Shown one piece after another: positions 39,854-47,674 of a stretch of DNA of 64,000 bases; within the stretch, counting starts at the first letter, position 1, and each line of letters begins with the position of its first letter. Below the pieces are notes generated by a model that was not told the DNA's origin, ran no database searches, and saw nothing but the letters and a program-made list of their open reading frames with translations. Origin of the DNA: a virus. The DNA lies in the IMG/VR virus record IMGVR_UViG_3300042378_000602; one strand, written 5' to 3'. The position numbers were made by a program, and so were the translations under genes.

Positions 39854-41062
39854 TTAACAAGGGTATGGTCCTGAAACAACCGTAACAGCACCAATAGTAA
39901 CTGTATATCCACTTCCATCCGTACATATGGTGAGCTGTCCACTAAATGTTTGTGTAAAATAACTACCACCACAATCGAACCATTCTATTGATGCACTTCC
40001 ACCACCAGCATCCAATACATAACCAACACACGTAGAAGGTGTTATTGATGGAGTTGGAGTTACTGTCGGTGTTTCGGCTGGAGTACCTGTATTTGTTGGA
40101 GTGACGGGTGGAGTCGTTGGCGGAGTAGCGGTATTTGTAGGTGTCGTAGTATTTGTTGGGGTCACTGTGGGAGTTGTAGTATTAGTGGGAGTTACCGAAG
40201 GTGTAGGTCCAATCGTTGGGGTAACAGAAGGAGTTTGAGTTTGTGTTGCGGTGACTGACGGGGTTGGTGTAGATGTTCTAGTCGGGGTTGGAGTTGCGGT
40301 TGCTTGGCTTGTAGGAGTTGGTGTCGGAATGTTTGCATTTGTAAGTTCACAAAGACTAATTCTTACACCGCCATATTGTATACTTGGTGGAGATGAAAAT
40401 GTTATTTCTGTGAAAGGGGAAGTTGATTGAACTAAAAATCTTGCTAATCCATCAGTATTTACCGCTGTGATTGTACCGTTGTTGATATTGAAATTACAAC
40501 CTGTACATTGAGTTATTATTGGAGTTTGAGAATTGTTTAAAGTTATGGTAACTCTATCTCCATTCGGGAAAGCATCACCATTCCAAACACCTGAATTGAA
40601 CATCAATGATGAGATGGCTTGACTAAATCTAAAAGTAACAGTTGCACCTGACCCGAAAGACACGACACCAGTTCCTGGTCCAGGTTTTATTGTAATTGGG
40701 ATTTCTTGACAAGAGTAGTTGTTTGGACCATAGGTAAATGTATTAGTTGAACATACTGAGTTAAAAGTATAACCAGTTATTTGTATACCATTACTTGTTA
40801 CCACTTGACCATTACAAGGGGTATTTATTACATTACATGTAGGACAATTATTCAAATCCCTTTGAAACCATTCTTCACTAATTACTAAAGAATTTTCGTA
40901 GAAATTACTTAAAGAGAAGGTATCGTAAATTGCCCAAACATTTTTTGTTTGATTTGGTAAGAGTGGGACTTGGTTTTCAAATTCGCTTGAATCACATTTT
41001 CTATAACTAAATGTTACAAGAGTGTTACCCGTGTTGGTTAGAGTATATTTTTTACAATTCAC
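39854..41062 (-). CDS. hypothetical protein with Thr/Pro-rich linker (probable surface/structural or host-interaction protein)
   Basis: central 90 aa TPTPTSQATATPTPTRTSTPTPSVTATQTQTPSVTPT... linker between two Cys-containing globular parts. Confidence 0.55.
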   Translation of the reverse strand: MNCKKYTLTNTGNTLVTFSYRKCDSSEFENQVPLLPNQTKNVWAIYDTFSLSNFYENSLVISEEWFQRDLNNCPTCNVINTPCNGQVVTSNGIQITGYTFNSVCSTNTFTYGPNNYSCQEIPITIKPGPGTGVVSFGSGATVTFRFSQAISSLMFNSGVWNGDAFPNGDRVTITLNNSQTPIITQCTGCNFNINNGTITAVNTDGLARFLVQSTSPFTEITFSSPPSIQYGGVRISLCELTNANIPTPTPTSQATATPTPTRTSTPTPSVTATQTQTPSVTPTIGPTPSVTPTNTTTPTVTPTNTTTPTNTATPPTTPPVTPTNTGTPAETPTVTPTPSITPSTCVGYVLDAGGGSASIEWFDCGGSYFTQTFSGQLTICTDGSGYTVTIGAVTVVSGPYPC

Positions 41063-41159
41063 AATAATGTAGTTTCAAATAAATACTTCGTTAAACAAGA
41101 ATTTAAAATCTACTTGAATAGAGGGTTTAAAAAACTATTTGTGAAAATATTTGTAAATT

Positions 41160-41456
41160 TTAATCAGATTCTTTCTGACCAAAAAACTTGGAGAAGGAGG
41201 GAGAACTCTTGATAGTTTGCTCAAGTTCGGTTTCATATTCACCATCATTTTTCATTTGCTTAAAATAGTCTGCAATCTTAGTTGCAGTTGCTCTACCTAA
41301 ATCATAAACGAAAGTGACAAAAAGAAACGGAGGAGTCATTTCGTCCAGCTCAGAATCTTCCAATCTAACAAGTGCTTTTTCGATGAGAATATTTCTATAT
41401 TCATCGGAATAATGCATGTCTTTTAAAATTTGATTTAATATTTCTGCGTCATTCAT
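41160..41456 (-). CDS. hypothetical protein
   Basis: minus-strand ORF. Confidence 0.45.
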   Translation of the reverse strand: MNDAEILNQILKDMHYSDEYRNILIEKALVRLEDSELDEMTPPFLFVTFVYDLGRATATKIADYFKQMKNDGEYETELEQTIKSSPSFSKFFGQKESD

Positions 41457-41510
41457 ACACTCTTAAATATATTGAAAAAACAATTTTTTGTTTAGTTCGT
41501 TAAAATTTTT

Positions 41511-41518
41511 TATCTTTG
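41511..41518 (+). promoter_or_regulatory. Bacteroidetes-type promoter (-7 TATCTTTG, -33 TTG at 41488-41490)
   Basis: TAnnTTTG, 20-nt spacer; ATG 41535. Confidence 0.5.
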
Positions 41519-41534
41519 TGGATAAAATTGTTTT

Positions 41535-42077
41535 ATGTTCGATAAACTAATAGATTTAATTGTAACTTTTATTCACGACGTACTTCCTTTCAAAATAGTG
41601 AATCAATGGGAAGAAGGTGTACATCTTCGTAATGGCAAGTTCTTGAAGGTTGTTGGACCTGGACTTGTCTATAAAAGACCCTTTTTTGATAAAATTTGGG
41701 TTACCCCTGTAATTACGCAAACGGTAAATCTTTCACCCCAAACCGTTACCTCCTTGGATGAAAGAAGTGTTGTTCTATCTTCCATAGTTCGTTATCACAT
41801 TTATGACGTAGAGAAGTTTTTACTTGGAGTTATGCATGCTAATGACGTTTTGGTTGATACCACACAAGGAATCATACGGGATATTGTTGAAGATACAACA
41901 TGGGAGGACCTCGTAGATTTAACAAATCGTGTAACTCCCGCGGTGAATAAACAAGTTAAAAAGTGGGGTATCACTGTTCAATTGGTAAGTTTTCCTGATT
42001 TAGGGGAAATTACCACTTATCGAATCATTGGAGATACACAAAAAAATTCACATAATATTTTACCAGTAAATGTTTAA
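41535..42077 (+). CDS. SPFH/band-7 (stomatin/HflC-like) domain protein
   Basis: VVGPGLVYKRPFFDKIWVTPV...SLDERSVVLSSIVRYHIYDVEKF matches SPFH core (PGLHF.IPFID...VD.VVYYRV.DP). Confidence 0.6.
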   Translation: MFDKLIDLIVTFIHDVLPFKIVNQWEEGVHLRNGKFLKVVGPGLVYKRPFFDKIWVTPVITQTVNLSPQTVTSLDERSVVLSSIVRYHIYDVEKFLLGVMHANDVLVDTTQGIIRDIVEDTTWEDLVDLTNRVTPAVNKQVKKWGITVQLVSFPDLGEITTYRIIGDTQKNSHNILPVNV

Positions 42078-42286
42078 TTCATATTTTTGAAAAAAAATCA
42101 GTTATGACCAACGAAGAAATTATCCAAGAGATTCTGTATGAAGCAAGTAAGTACGGTTTGTTATCAGAAGTAATTGACACCGCCAAATCCATTTTAGATA
42201 AAGAACCCAATATGGATAGGGTTTTGGCTTACGACATGGCATTTAAGGAGTGGGTGAAATAATTTTGTGAGTTCAATTTTTTCCTG

Positions 42287-42294
42287 TACCTTTG
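42287..42294 (+). promoter_or_regulatory. Bacteroidetes-type promoter (-7 TACCTTTG, -33 TTG at 42265-42267)
   Basis: TAnnTTTG with 19-nt spacer; ATG 42302. Confidence 0.4.
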
Positions 42295-42301
42295 TAAAAC
42301 T

Positions 42302-42562
42302 ATGAACACATCAATTAAAATTCAACACAAGACATTCGGAGTAATTTGTGACGAGACTTTCGTAGATGCAACTCAATTCAAGATTTTCCTTCAATCTGTT
42401 CACGGTTGTTTGAAGTCTAAGTCGGATTTGGATTTTTTCAACGGACAAAACTTTTTGTTACATATCCCTCATGAAGTGCTCAAAGAAAGTGTTGTAAATA
42501 CCAAAATGGAATTTTCGACCTTGACCGAAAAATTCATCAAGGGTTCGTCTTTAGAAAAATGA
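42302..42562 (+). CDS. hypothetical protein
   Basis: ORF. Confidence 0.4.
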   Translation: MNTSIKIQHKTFGVICDETFVDATQFKIFLQSVHGCLKSKSDLDFFNGQNFLLHIPHEVLKESVVNTKMEFSTLTEKFIKGSSLEK

Positions 42563-42849
42563 TTATAACTAAAGAAAATATTATGGAGTGGTCCAAACCT
42601 CATCACGGTGGTGGTCGACAGACGGTAATAAAAACACCCAAAGTCATTATCTCCATCGTGGGTGGTGGAAGAGGACTTTATGGTGACTTCGAAAAAACGT
42701 TTGAGTTAGCCATCATGACCCATAGTGGTTCATTTATTACAAGAATTTTTTGTCCTGGATTGAGTGATGATGTTTGTGGATATATGGAAGAAAATGAACT
42801 TATTGAAGTTATAAACTCACTTACAACAAGAGGTTTCCAAATTTCATAA
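42559..42849 (+). CDS. hypothetical protein
   Basis: ORF, start overlaps upstream stop. Confidence 0.4.
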   Translation: MIITKENIMEWSKPHHGGGRQTVIKTPKVIISIVGGGRGLYGDFEKTFELAIMTHSGSFITRIFCPGLSDDVCGYMEENELIEVINSLTTRGFQIS

Positions 42850-42883
42850 AATTTGGTGGTGGAGGCGACCGAAAGGTCCTCGA

Positions 42884-42908
42884 AGGGGAACTATGTTCCC
42901 CTTTTTTT
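42884..42908. terminator. intrinsic terminator between convergent genes
   Basis: ggggaac-tat-gttcccc plus ttttttt; a second upstream hairpin gaggcgacc-gaaa-ggtcctc. Confidence 0.55.
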
Positions 42909-43377
42909 ATTGAATTTCTGTTTGAAAACCTGTGTCTTCAAAAATTATACCCTCAATATCTCTCAGGATACTATCAATAAAATCTTCTACATTAGACCAT
43001 TCAGACATATCGGCATCATCAAGTAAATCATCAATAGTTCTCGGATTTCCTTTTTCATCGAGAATTTTTGTTGGACCCCAAACAACTGTAAGATAAATTA
43101 TATTGTTCTCGAAATCAATCTTCATTTTTTTGATTTCAACACAAACGTTACCTCCTGAGGGGTATTCAGTCAAATCGTAACACAACATATTGTTCCTAAG
43201 AATCTTTGAAAAGGTTTTGTTCACGAATTCCTTTGCCTTCTCTTCACCAAACTCAGAATGTAAATCTTTTAAAAAATTGCCGATTTCATAACCACAAATC
43301 TTCGCAACACTCAACGTCTTATCTGAAGGATAAGTTGTTTTGGCTAAACAGTTCAAAAAAATTTCGAGTTCTGACAT
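42907..43377 (-). CDS. hypothetical protein
   Basis: minus-strand ORF. Confidence 0.5.
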   Translation of the reverse strand: MSELEIFLNCLAKTTYPSDKTLSVAKICGYEIGNFLKDLHSEFGEEKAKEFVNKTFSKILRNNMLCYDLTEYPSGGNVCVEIKKMKIDFENNIIYLTVVWGPTKILDEKGNPRTIDDLLDDADMSEWSNVEDFIDSILRDIEGIIFEDTGFQTEIQ

Positions 43378-43409
43378 TTGTGGTATTTATATTAAATATT
43401 TGTTCAGTA

Positions 43410-43658
43410 ATGAATTATTTAATTTCCGAATCACAATTAGAATCATTAGTATCGGCACAACAACCTGTACCTGTAATGTCATTCAGGTCTGCACTGAAAA
43501 AGATTGTAGATGTCTTGAAAAAAGATGATTATGAACCAGAACAAATAATGGATTTTATCCTTGGACTAAGATATAAAGATGAGTTTGTTATCAGAAAGGT
43601 TCAAAAGTACAAGGACGACCCTGAGTTTCTCACTGCGGTTTCCAAAATTATTGGATAA
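43410..43658 (+). CDS. hypothetical protein
   Basis: start trimmed from 43206 to ATG 43410 (MNYLISES) to remove the 170-nt antisense overlap with 42907-43377. Confidence 0.4.
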   Translation: MNYLISESQLESLVSAQQPVPVMSFRSALKKIVDVLKKDDYEPEQIMDFILGLRYKDEFVIRKVQKYKDDPEFLTAVSKIIG

Positions 43659-44523
43659 ACTCATCTATATTTTTAGGTGAACTATCGAAACCGTAATATC
43701 TGATTTCGAACTGAGGACTGAGTAAAATTTGTTTTTCCTCATCGAATTCATTACAGTAAACAACGCCTTCTTCTATCTCTTCTAAAAATTCTATATCTAA
43801 ATCACCCCATTCTCTATAATTGAGAGTTATTATATTCGGGTTGTTTTCGATGTTTTCCCTTGCTCCGACAGGTTCGGGTCTCCCGACATTTAATTCACAA
43901 AGATTCTTTAGATTTTTATCCCAAGAACAAATGAATATAAGCTCGATAGATGAATCCGTACCTTCTAACTCGCCATCGGCATTACAGTTATGACAATCAA
44001 GTCGGGATTCACCGTCACAACGACTACAATTGACTGTACCTCCGCCATCACATTCCTCGCAATCAACTTCTCCACTTCCGTCACACATGTCACAAGAAAC
44101 CTTTTCACCTGCGTCACCTTCTATTTTACCTTCCCCATCACAATCACTACAAATTACTTGACCACTACCATCACACTCCGAACACGACTCGTTACCACTT
44201 CCGTCACATTCTGAGCATTCAAATCTTCCTTCACCATAACAATCACCACACTCCTCAACATATTGTGAACCTGTTTTCCAAAAGAGAGATGCGAAGAAAA
44301 GATTTTCCAAAGCGAAATCGGCGAATTCGAAATTTCCCTTTTTTTTCAAGGACAAGATATAAAAATAAAATTTCAAAAACTCCTGAGGAGTAAAACTAGA
44401 AAAATATATTGCTTGTTTTTTTGCGACCTTTTTCAACACATTAAAAATGTCATTGTTATGTTCAACGTTACGGAACATTCCGATAAGTTGCTGTGCCAAC
44501 CTTTTCAACCTTTCATCTGTCAT
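43648..44523 (-). CDS. protein with at least eight tandem CxxCxGxG (DnaJ-type) zinc-finger units, no J-domain
   Basis: CSECDGSG, CSECDGSG, CSDCDGEG, CDMCDGSG, CEECDGGG, CSRCDGES, CHNCNADG repeated through the middle of the protein. Confidence 0.55.
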   Translation of the reverse strand: MTDERLKRLAQQLIGMFRNVEHNNDIFNVLKKVAKKQAIYFSSFTPQEFLKFYFYILSLKKKGNFEFADFALENLFFASLFWKTGSQYVEECGDCYGEGRFECSECDGSGNESCSECDGSGQVICSDCDGEGKIEGDAGEKVSCDMCDGSGEVDCEECDGGGTVNCSRCDGESRLDCHNCNADGELEGTDSSIELIFICSWDKNLKNLCELNVGRPEPVGARENIENNPNIITLNYREWGDLDIEFLEEIEEGVVYCNEFDEEKQILLSPQFEIRYYGFDSSPKNIDEFIQ

Positions 44524-44555
44524 GGGAAAAGTTTTTTTTATAAATAGGTTTTTTT

Positions 44556-45017
44556 TTGAAAATAAATCAACTATTTTTTTTTTATAAAACTTTTTATATG
44601 GGTATTACGGTCACACTTACAGAAAATGAAATCTTGGGTAATCCCAATGATTTTGATTTGGGCGAATTGGCTCGAAACAAATATTGGCAAGAAAGAAGAA
44701 ATCAGGAAGGTCCACCTGTGGATGATGAACATTTTTTCTTGAATATCGGAGATGATGGTTTGGTTAAATCTATCGGAAGACCATGGACTTGCTCAATTTG
44801 TGGAGAAAAAACTGATAAAGTGGATTATGATTATCTTGTTGGTTGGGACCATTTGAGTTGCAGATTGAAGTCTGAAATGAGTGATGAGAAAGATAAATGT
44901 GTAATCTGTGGAAAAGAATCACCCTATACTAAAAGTACTCATATCGATATGAGAATCGGTTATGTTGAAGGAGGTGGACAAGGTTGTTTTCAACCAAATC
45001 AATGCGATAAAGTATGA
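44556..45017 (+). CDS. hypothetical zinc-ribbon protein
   Basis: paired Cys motifs CSICGEK...C and CVICGKE. Confidence 0.4.
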   Translation: MKINQLFFFYKTFYMGITVTLTENEILGNPNDFDLGELARNKYWQERRNQEGPPVDDEHFFLNIGDDGLVKSIGRPWTCSICGEKTDKVDYDYLVGWDHLSCRLKSEMSDEKDKCVICGKESPYTKSTHIDMRIGYVEGGGQGCFQPNQCDKV

Positions 45018-45146
45018 TTGAAACCTTTGACCATGAATTGATTTCTTTGAGTGGTTCCACAACTTTATCTTATACGGAGTGGCATATAAACAGGGACAAC
45101 ATGGCTAGAGACCAAAGAAATCTCGAAGTTCATAATATTAAAAAAG

Positions 45147-45671
45147 ATGATTGAGGTTTTTGATGAGTTTCTCACCCCTGAGGAAATAACTGAGTTGTTC
45201 AAAACTCTAAGGGAGAGTTCTTGGATTTTGGAAGAAAAGGTCCCTTATCTTTCCGAAGTTCAATTAGAGGGAGGTGCTGATATTGGTTATATAAAAGAGA
45301 TACCTGAGAACACCATATATTGGAAGATTTTGGGTCGATTACATTCTTTACCAATAATATCAGGAAAATACAAATTCTTTTCAGCATTCCGAAATGCATA
45401 CAAGAGAGGAGATGTTACAGCTCTCCATACAGATGAGTCAGATATCACAGCACTTTTATATGGTAATCCCAAATGGAACATAAATTGGGGTTCGGAAACC
45501 ATTTTTACTGAAAGTTTATCACCTGATACAGAGATAATTGCGAGCATAATACCCAAACCTGGTAGGTTGGTAATTTTCGATTCTTCTATCCCACATTCAG
45601 GTAGACCACCAAGTTCAAGTTTTGCAAACCACAGATATTCAGTGGCTTATAACTTCAAAAAAATAATTTAA
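45147..45671 (+). CDS. 2OG-Fe(II) oxygenase, prolyl-4-hydroxylase-like
   Basis: ALHTDES (HxD), ITALLYGNPKWN..WGSETIF, GRLVIFDSSIPHSG (distal His), HRYSVAYNF (RxS). Confidence 0.6.
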   Translation: MIEVFDEFLTPEEITELFKTLRESSWILEEKVPYLSEVQLEGGADIGYIKEIPENTIYWKILGRLHSLPIISGKYKFFSAFRNAYKRGDVTALHTDESDITALLYGNPKWNINWGSETIFTESLSPDTEIIASIIPKPGRLVIFDSSIPHSGRPPSSSFANHRYSVAYNFKKII

Positions 45672-45700
45672 AAAAAATTTGTTGGTTTGATGGAATAGTC

Positions 45701-45708
45701 TATCTTTG
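45701..45708 (+). promoter_or_regulatory. Bacteroidetes-type promoter (-7 TATCTTTG, -33 TTG near 45679-45684)
   Basis: TAnnTTTG; ATG 45729. Confidence 0.55.
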
Positions 45709-45728
45709 TGTAACAAAACACAAACATC

Positions 45729-46199
45729 ATGACAAACACCACAACCATCCCCGTAGTTAAAGTATCTAACGATTCAATGGCAGGAGACGTATTCTACGGT
45801 TCCTTCAACACCACTGTAAAAGGTAAACGTATCACAGTCGGAGTTTCCAATCACATCAAAGACGTAAACAAAACCTATAAGTTCCGTTCAGCTGCTAAAT
45901 GTAAAGCTGGTTTCGTGAACATCAGCGATTTCGAAGACACCCCTCAAGGTGCTATCTGTTCTTGGGTAAAAAACGCACTTGTCAACCTTCAAGTTTTGGT
46001 TGAGTTCGATGGTGGTGTAACACAATGGCACAACGTCTATACCACGAAGGGTGGCGTATGGTACCACATCGACCGTGGACTTCTTGAAGTGTTGACCGTT
46101 GGAGCGATGCGTGAGTCATTCCCCAATATGTGTGACATGAGCCTTTGGGAAATGGTTGGAGCTAAGACTTGGGCAGACAAAGCATTCACTAATCAATAA
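45729..46199 (+). CDS. hypothetical protein, GC-rich codon usage, poly-Thr N-terminus (MTNTTTIPV)
   Basis: ORF between host-type promoter and hairpin terminator; codon usage and GC differ from neighbours. Confidence 0.55.
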   Translation: MTNTTTIPVVKVSNDSMAGDVFYGSFNTTVKGKRITVGVSNHIKDVNKTYKFRSAAKCKAGFVNISDFEDTPQGAICSWVKNALVNLQVLVEFDGGVTQWHNVYTTKGGVWYHIDRGLLEVLTVGAMRESFPNMCDMSLWEMVGAKTWADKAFTNQ

Positions 46200-46207
46200 T
46201 AGCTGAC

Positions 46208-46230
46208 GGAAGGGGGTTATTCCCCCTTCC
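46208..46230 (+). terminator. hairpin terminator (weak U-tract)
   Basis: ggaaggggg-ttatt-cccccttcc directly after the stop. Confidence 0.4.
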
Positions 46231-46249
46231 ACTATGCGAAACAAATCTC

Positions 46250-46435
46250 ATGCGAAACAAAAAAAATAAAACCAGCACTTTGAGTCCGAAACACAAGATG
46301 TTCCTCGAGCTATTGGAGAACCGTATCAAAGAGATTCACGGGGAAAAAAAGGTTGAGGATGTTCGAAAGGAGGTGGGGTACCCTAAGTGTGATGAGGGGG
46401 ATTATTATTTTGCTCTTCTAAAATTTTTGAAATAA
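46250..46435 (+). CDS. small hypothetical protein
   Basis: ORF; tandem atgcgaaacaaa duplication at its start. Confidence 0.3.
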   Translation: MRNKKNKTSTLSPKHKMFLELLENRIKEIHGEKKVEDVRKEVGYPKCDEGDYYFALLKFLK

Positions 46436-46461
46436 TTTTTTGTTGGTAACAAATATATCCC

Positions 46462-46469
46462 TATCTTTG
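46462..46469 (+). promoter_or_regulatory. Bacteroidetes-type promoter (-7 TATCTTTG, -33 TTG near 46440-46445)
   Basis: TAnnTTTG; lies inside the track ORF 46440, so the true start is ATG 46491. Confidence 0.55.
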
Positions 46470-46490
46470 TATTCGCAAAACACAACACAT

Positions 46491-47243
46491 ATGACAACCA
46501 CTACCACAATCTCCGTCCAAGACAAAGTTCGTAACTACCAAGGTCAAAACCGTTTTATTCTGAACATGAAAGACGCCCTCAACAAGTGGGGAGGACTTAC
46601 CCCAAAACAACGCGAAGCCGCTGAAAAGGCTTTGAACTCTGAGGTGAAGGTTATCGATAAGGAAAACCTTCCTGAAAACATTAAACGTATTGTCGAGTAC
46701 AAGGGTGATAACACCTTTGTTAAAGACATCGCTTCCAAGTTCGAGAAATACGGTACTCTCACTTCTAAGCAAATCTCTGCGGCTGTTACGCAGATTCAAA
46801 AAGAGGAAGATAAAGATAACACCATTCGCATGAATTGGGGTACCCCTGGTGAAACCATAGTTGTGGGTCGTAAAATCGGTCAGCAGTTGAAAGAAAAATA
46901 TGGTTTGGAATTCAATCCAACTTTAATTGATATAACCGCTCTTAGAGCTGTATCACCCAAAGCTGTACTGTTCGAAGGAAAAATGACTGTCAAACGTGGT
47001 AAAGTTTGTATGTGTTGTAACAAAACTTTGACAGACGAGTTTTCGATGTTGACAAACATGGGTAAAACCTGTGCTGGTCACATGAAAGTCGAATATATCA
47101 CTGACGCTTCACAAGCAGAGGCTTTCCGTGAAAGATATCTGAAAAGAGTGGAAGAGATAGGAGTCATGCAATTTTGGGTCCCCAAATCCCAAATCAAAAA
47201 ATGGGATGGTAAAACAGGAAGGGTTGTTGCCACATCCTTCTAA
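46491..47243 (+). CDS. hypothetical protein, GC-rich codon usage, poly-Thr N-terminus (MTTTTTISV), Cys cluster CMCCNK..C
   Basis: start trimmed from 46440 to 46491; same leader and N-terminus as 45729 gene; strong terminator follows. Confidence 0.55.
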   Translation: MTTTTTISVQDKVRNYQGQNRFILNMKDALNKWGGLTPKQREAAEKALNSEVKVIDKENLPENIKRIVEYKGDNTFVKDIASKFEKYGTLTSKQISAAVTQIQKEEDKDNTIRMNWGTPGETIVVGRKIGQQLKEKYGLEFNPTLIDITALRAVSPKAVLFEGKMTVKRGKVCMCCNKTLTDEFSMLTNMGKTCAGHMKVEYITDASQAEAFRERYLKRVEEIGVMQFWVPKSQIKKWDGKTGRVVATSF

Positions 47244-47249
47244 GGGTTT

Positions 47250-47276
47250 AACCCACCGAAAGGTGGGTTTTTTTTA
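47250..47276 (+). terminator. intrinsic terminator
   Basis: aacccacc-gaaa-ggtgggtt plus ttttttt. Confidence 0.65.
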
Positions 47277-47287
47277 TTCTTGTTTTT

Positions 47288-47644
47288 TTGTATACTTGTA
47301 AAATGAGTAGGAGATACAAAAACCCCGAGGAGGCTGAAAATGCCATGATTGAAAATATCCTCGACAATTTTGATTTTTATAAATGTTGGACCGTGATGAA
47401 GCTTTTGGAGTGGAGTTGGGGTATGAATGCAGAGATTCCGAATATTGATAGATTAAAAACTGCGGCAGCTAACAGATTAAAAGATGCGATAGAATTAGCA
47501 AAGAAAGGTGAGTCTCCCCATTTAACCTACTTTGTTTCAAGTGGTGGTCTGAAAGCTACCGCTTGGAGGAATAGATATCGTCAAATTGAAGCAATAAATT
47601 TGGAATTTGTTCTCACAGACTGGCAATCTGACGGAGATTGTTGA
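47288..47644 (+). CDS. hypothetical protein
   Basis: ORF; TATACTTG (near TAnnTTTG) at 47269-47276 upstream. Confidence 0.45.
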   Translation: MYTCKMSRRYKNPEEAENAMIENILDNFDFYKCWTVMKLLEWSWGMNAEIPNIDRLKTAAANRLKDAIELAKKGESPHLTYFVSSGGLKATAWRNRYRQIEAINLEFVLTDWQSDGDC

Positions 47645-47674
47645 CAATTTCAGACATGAACGTAAACTTTTATC

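Noticed and set aside
43206-43409. N-terminal 68 codons of track ORF 43206-43658
   Set aside because: They overlap the convergent gene 42907-43377 antisense for 170 nt. An in-frame ATG at 43410 directly after that gene's start region gives a non-overlapping product.
46440-46490. First 17 codons of track ORF 46440-47243
   Set aside because: A complete TTG/TATCTTTG promoter lies inside this segment. The ATG at 46491 mirrors the leader and N-terminus of the paralogous-leader gene at 45729.
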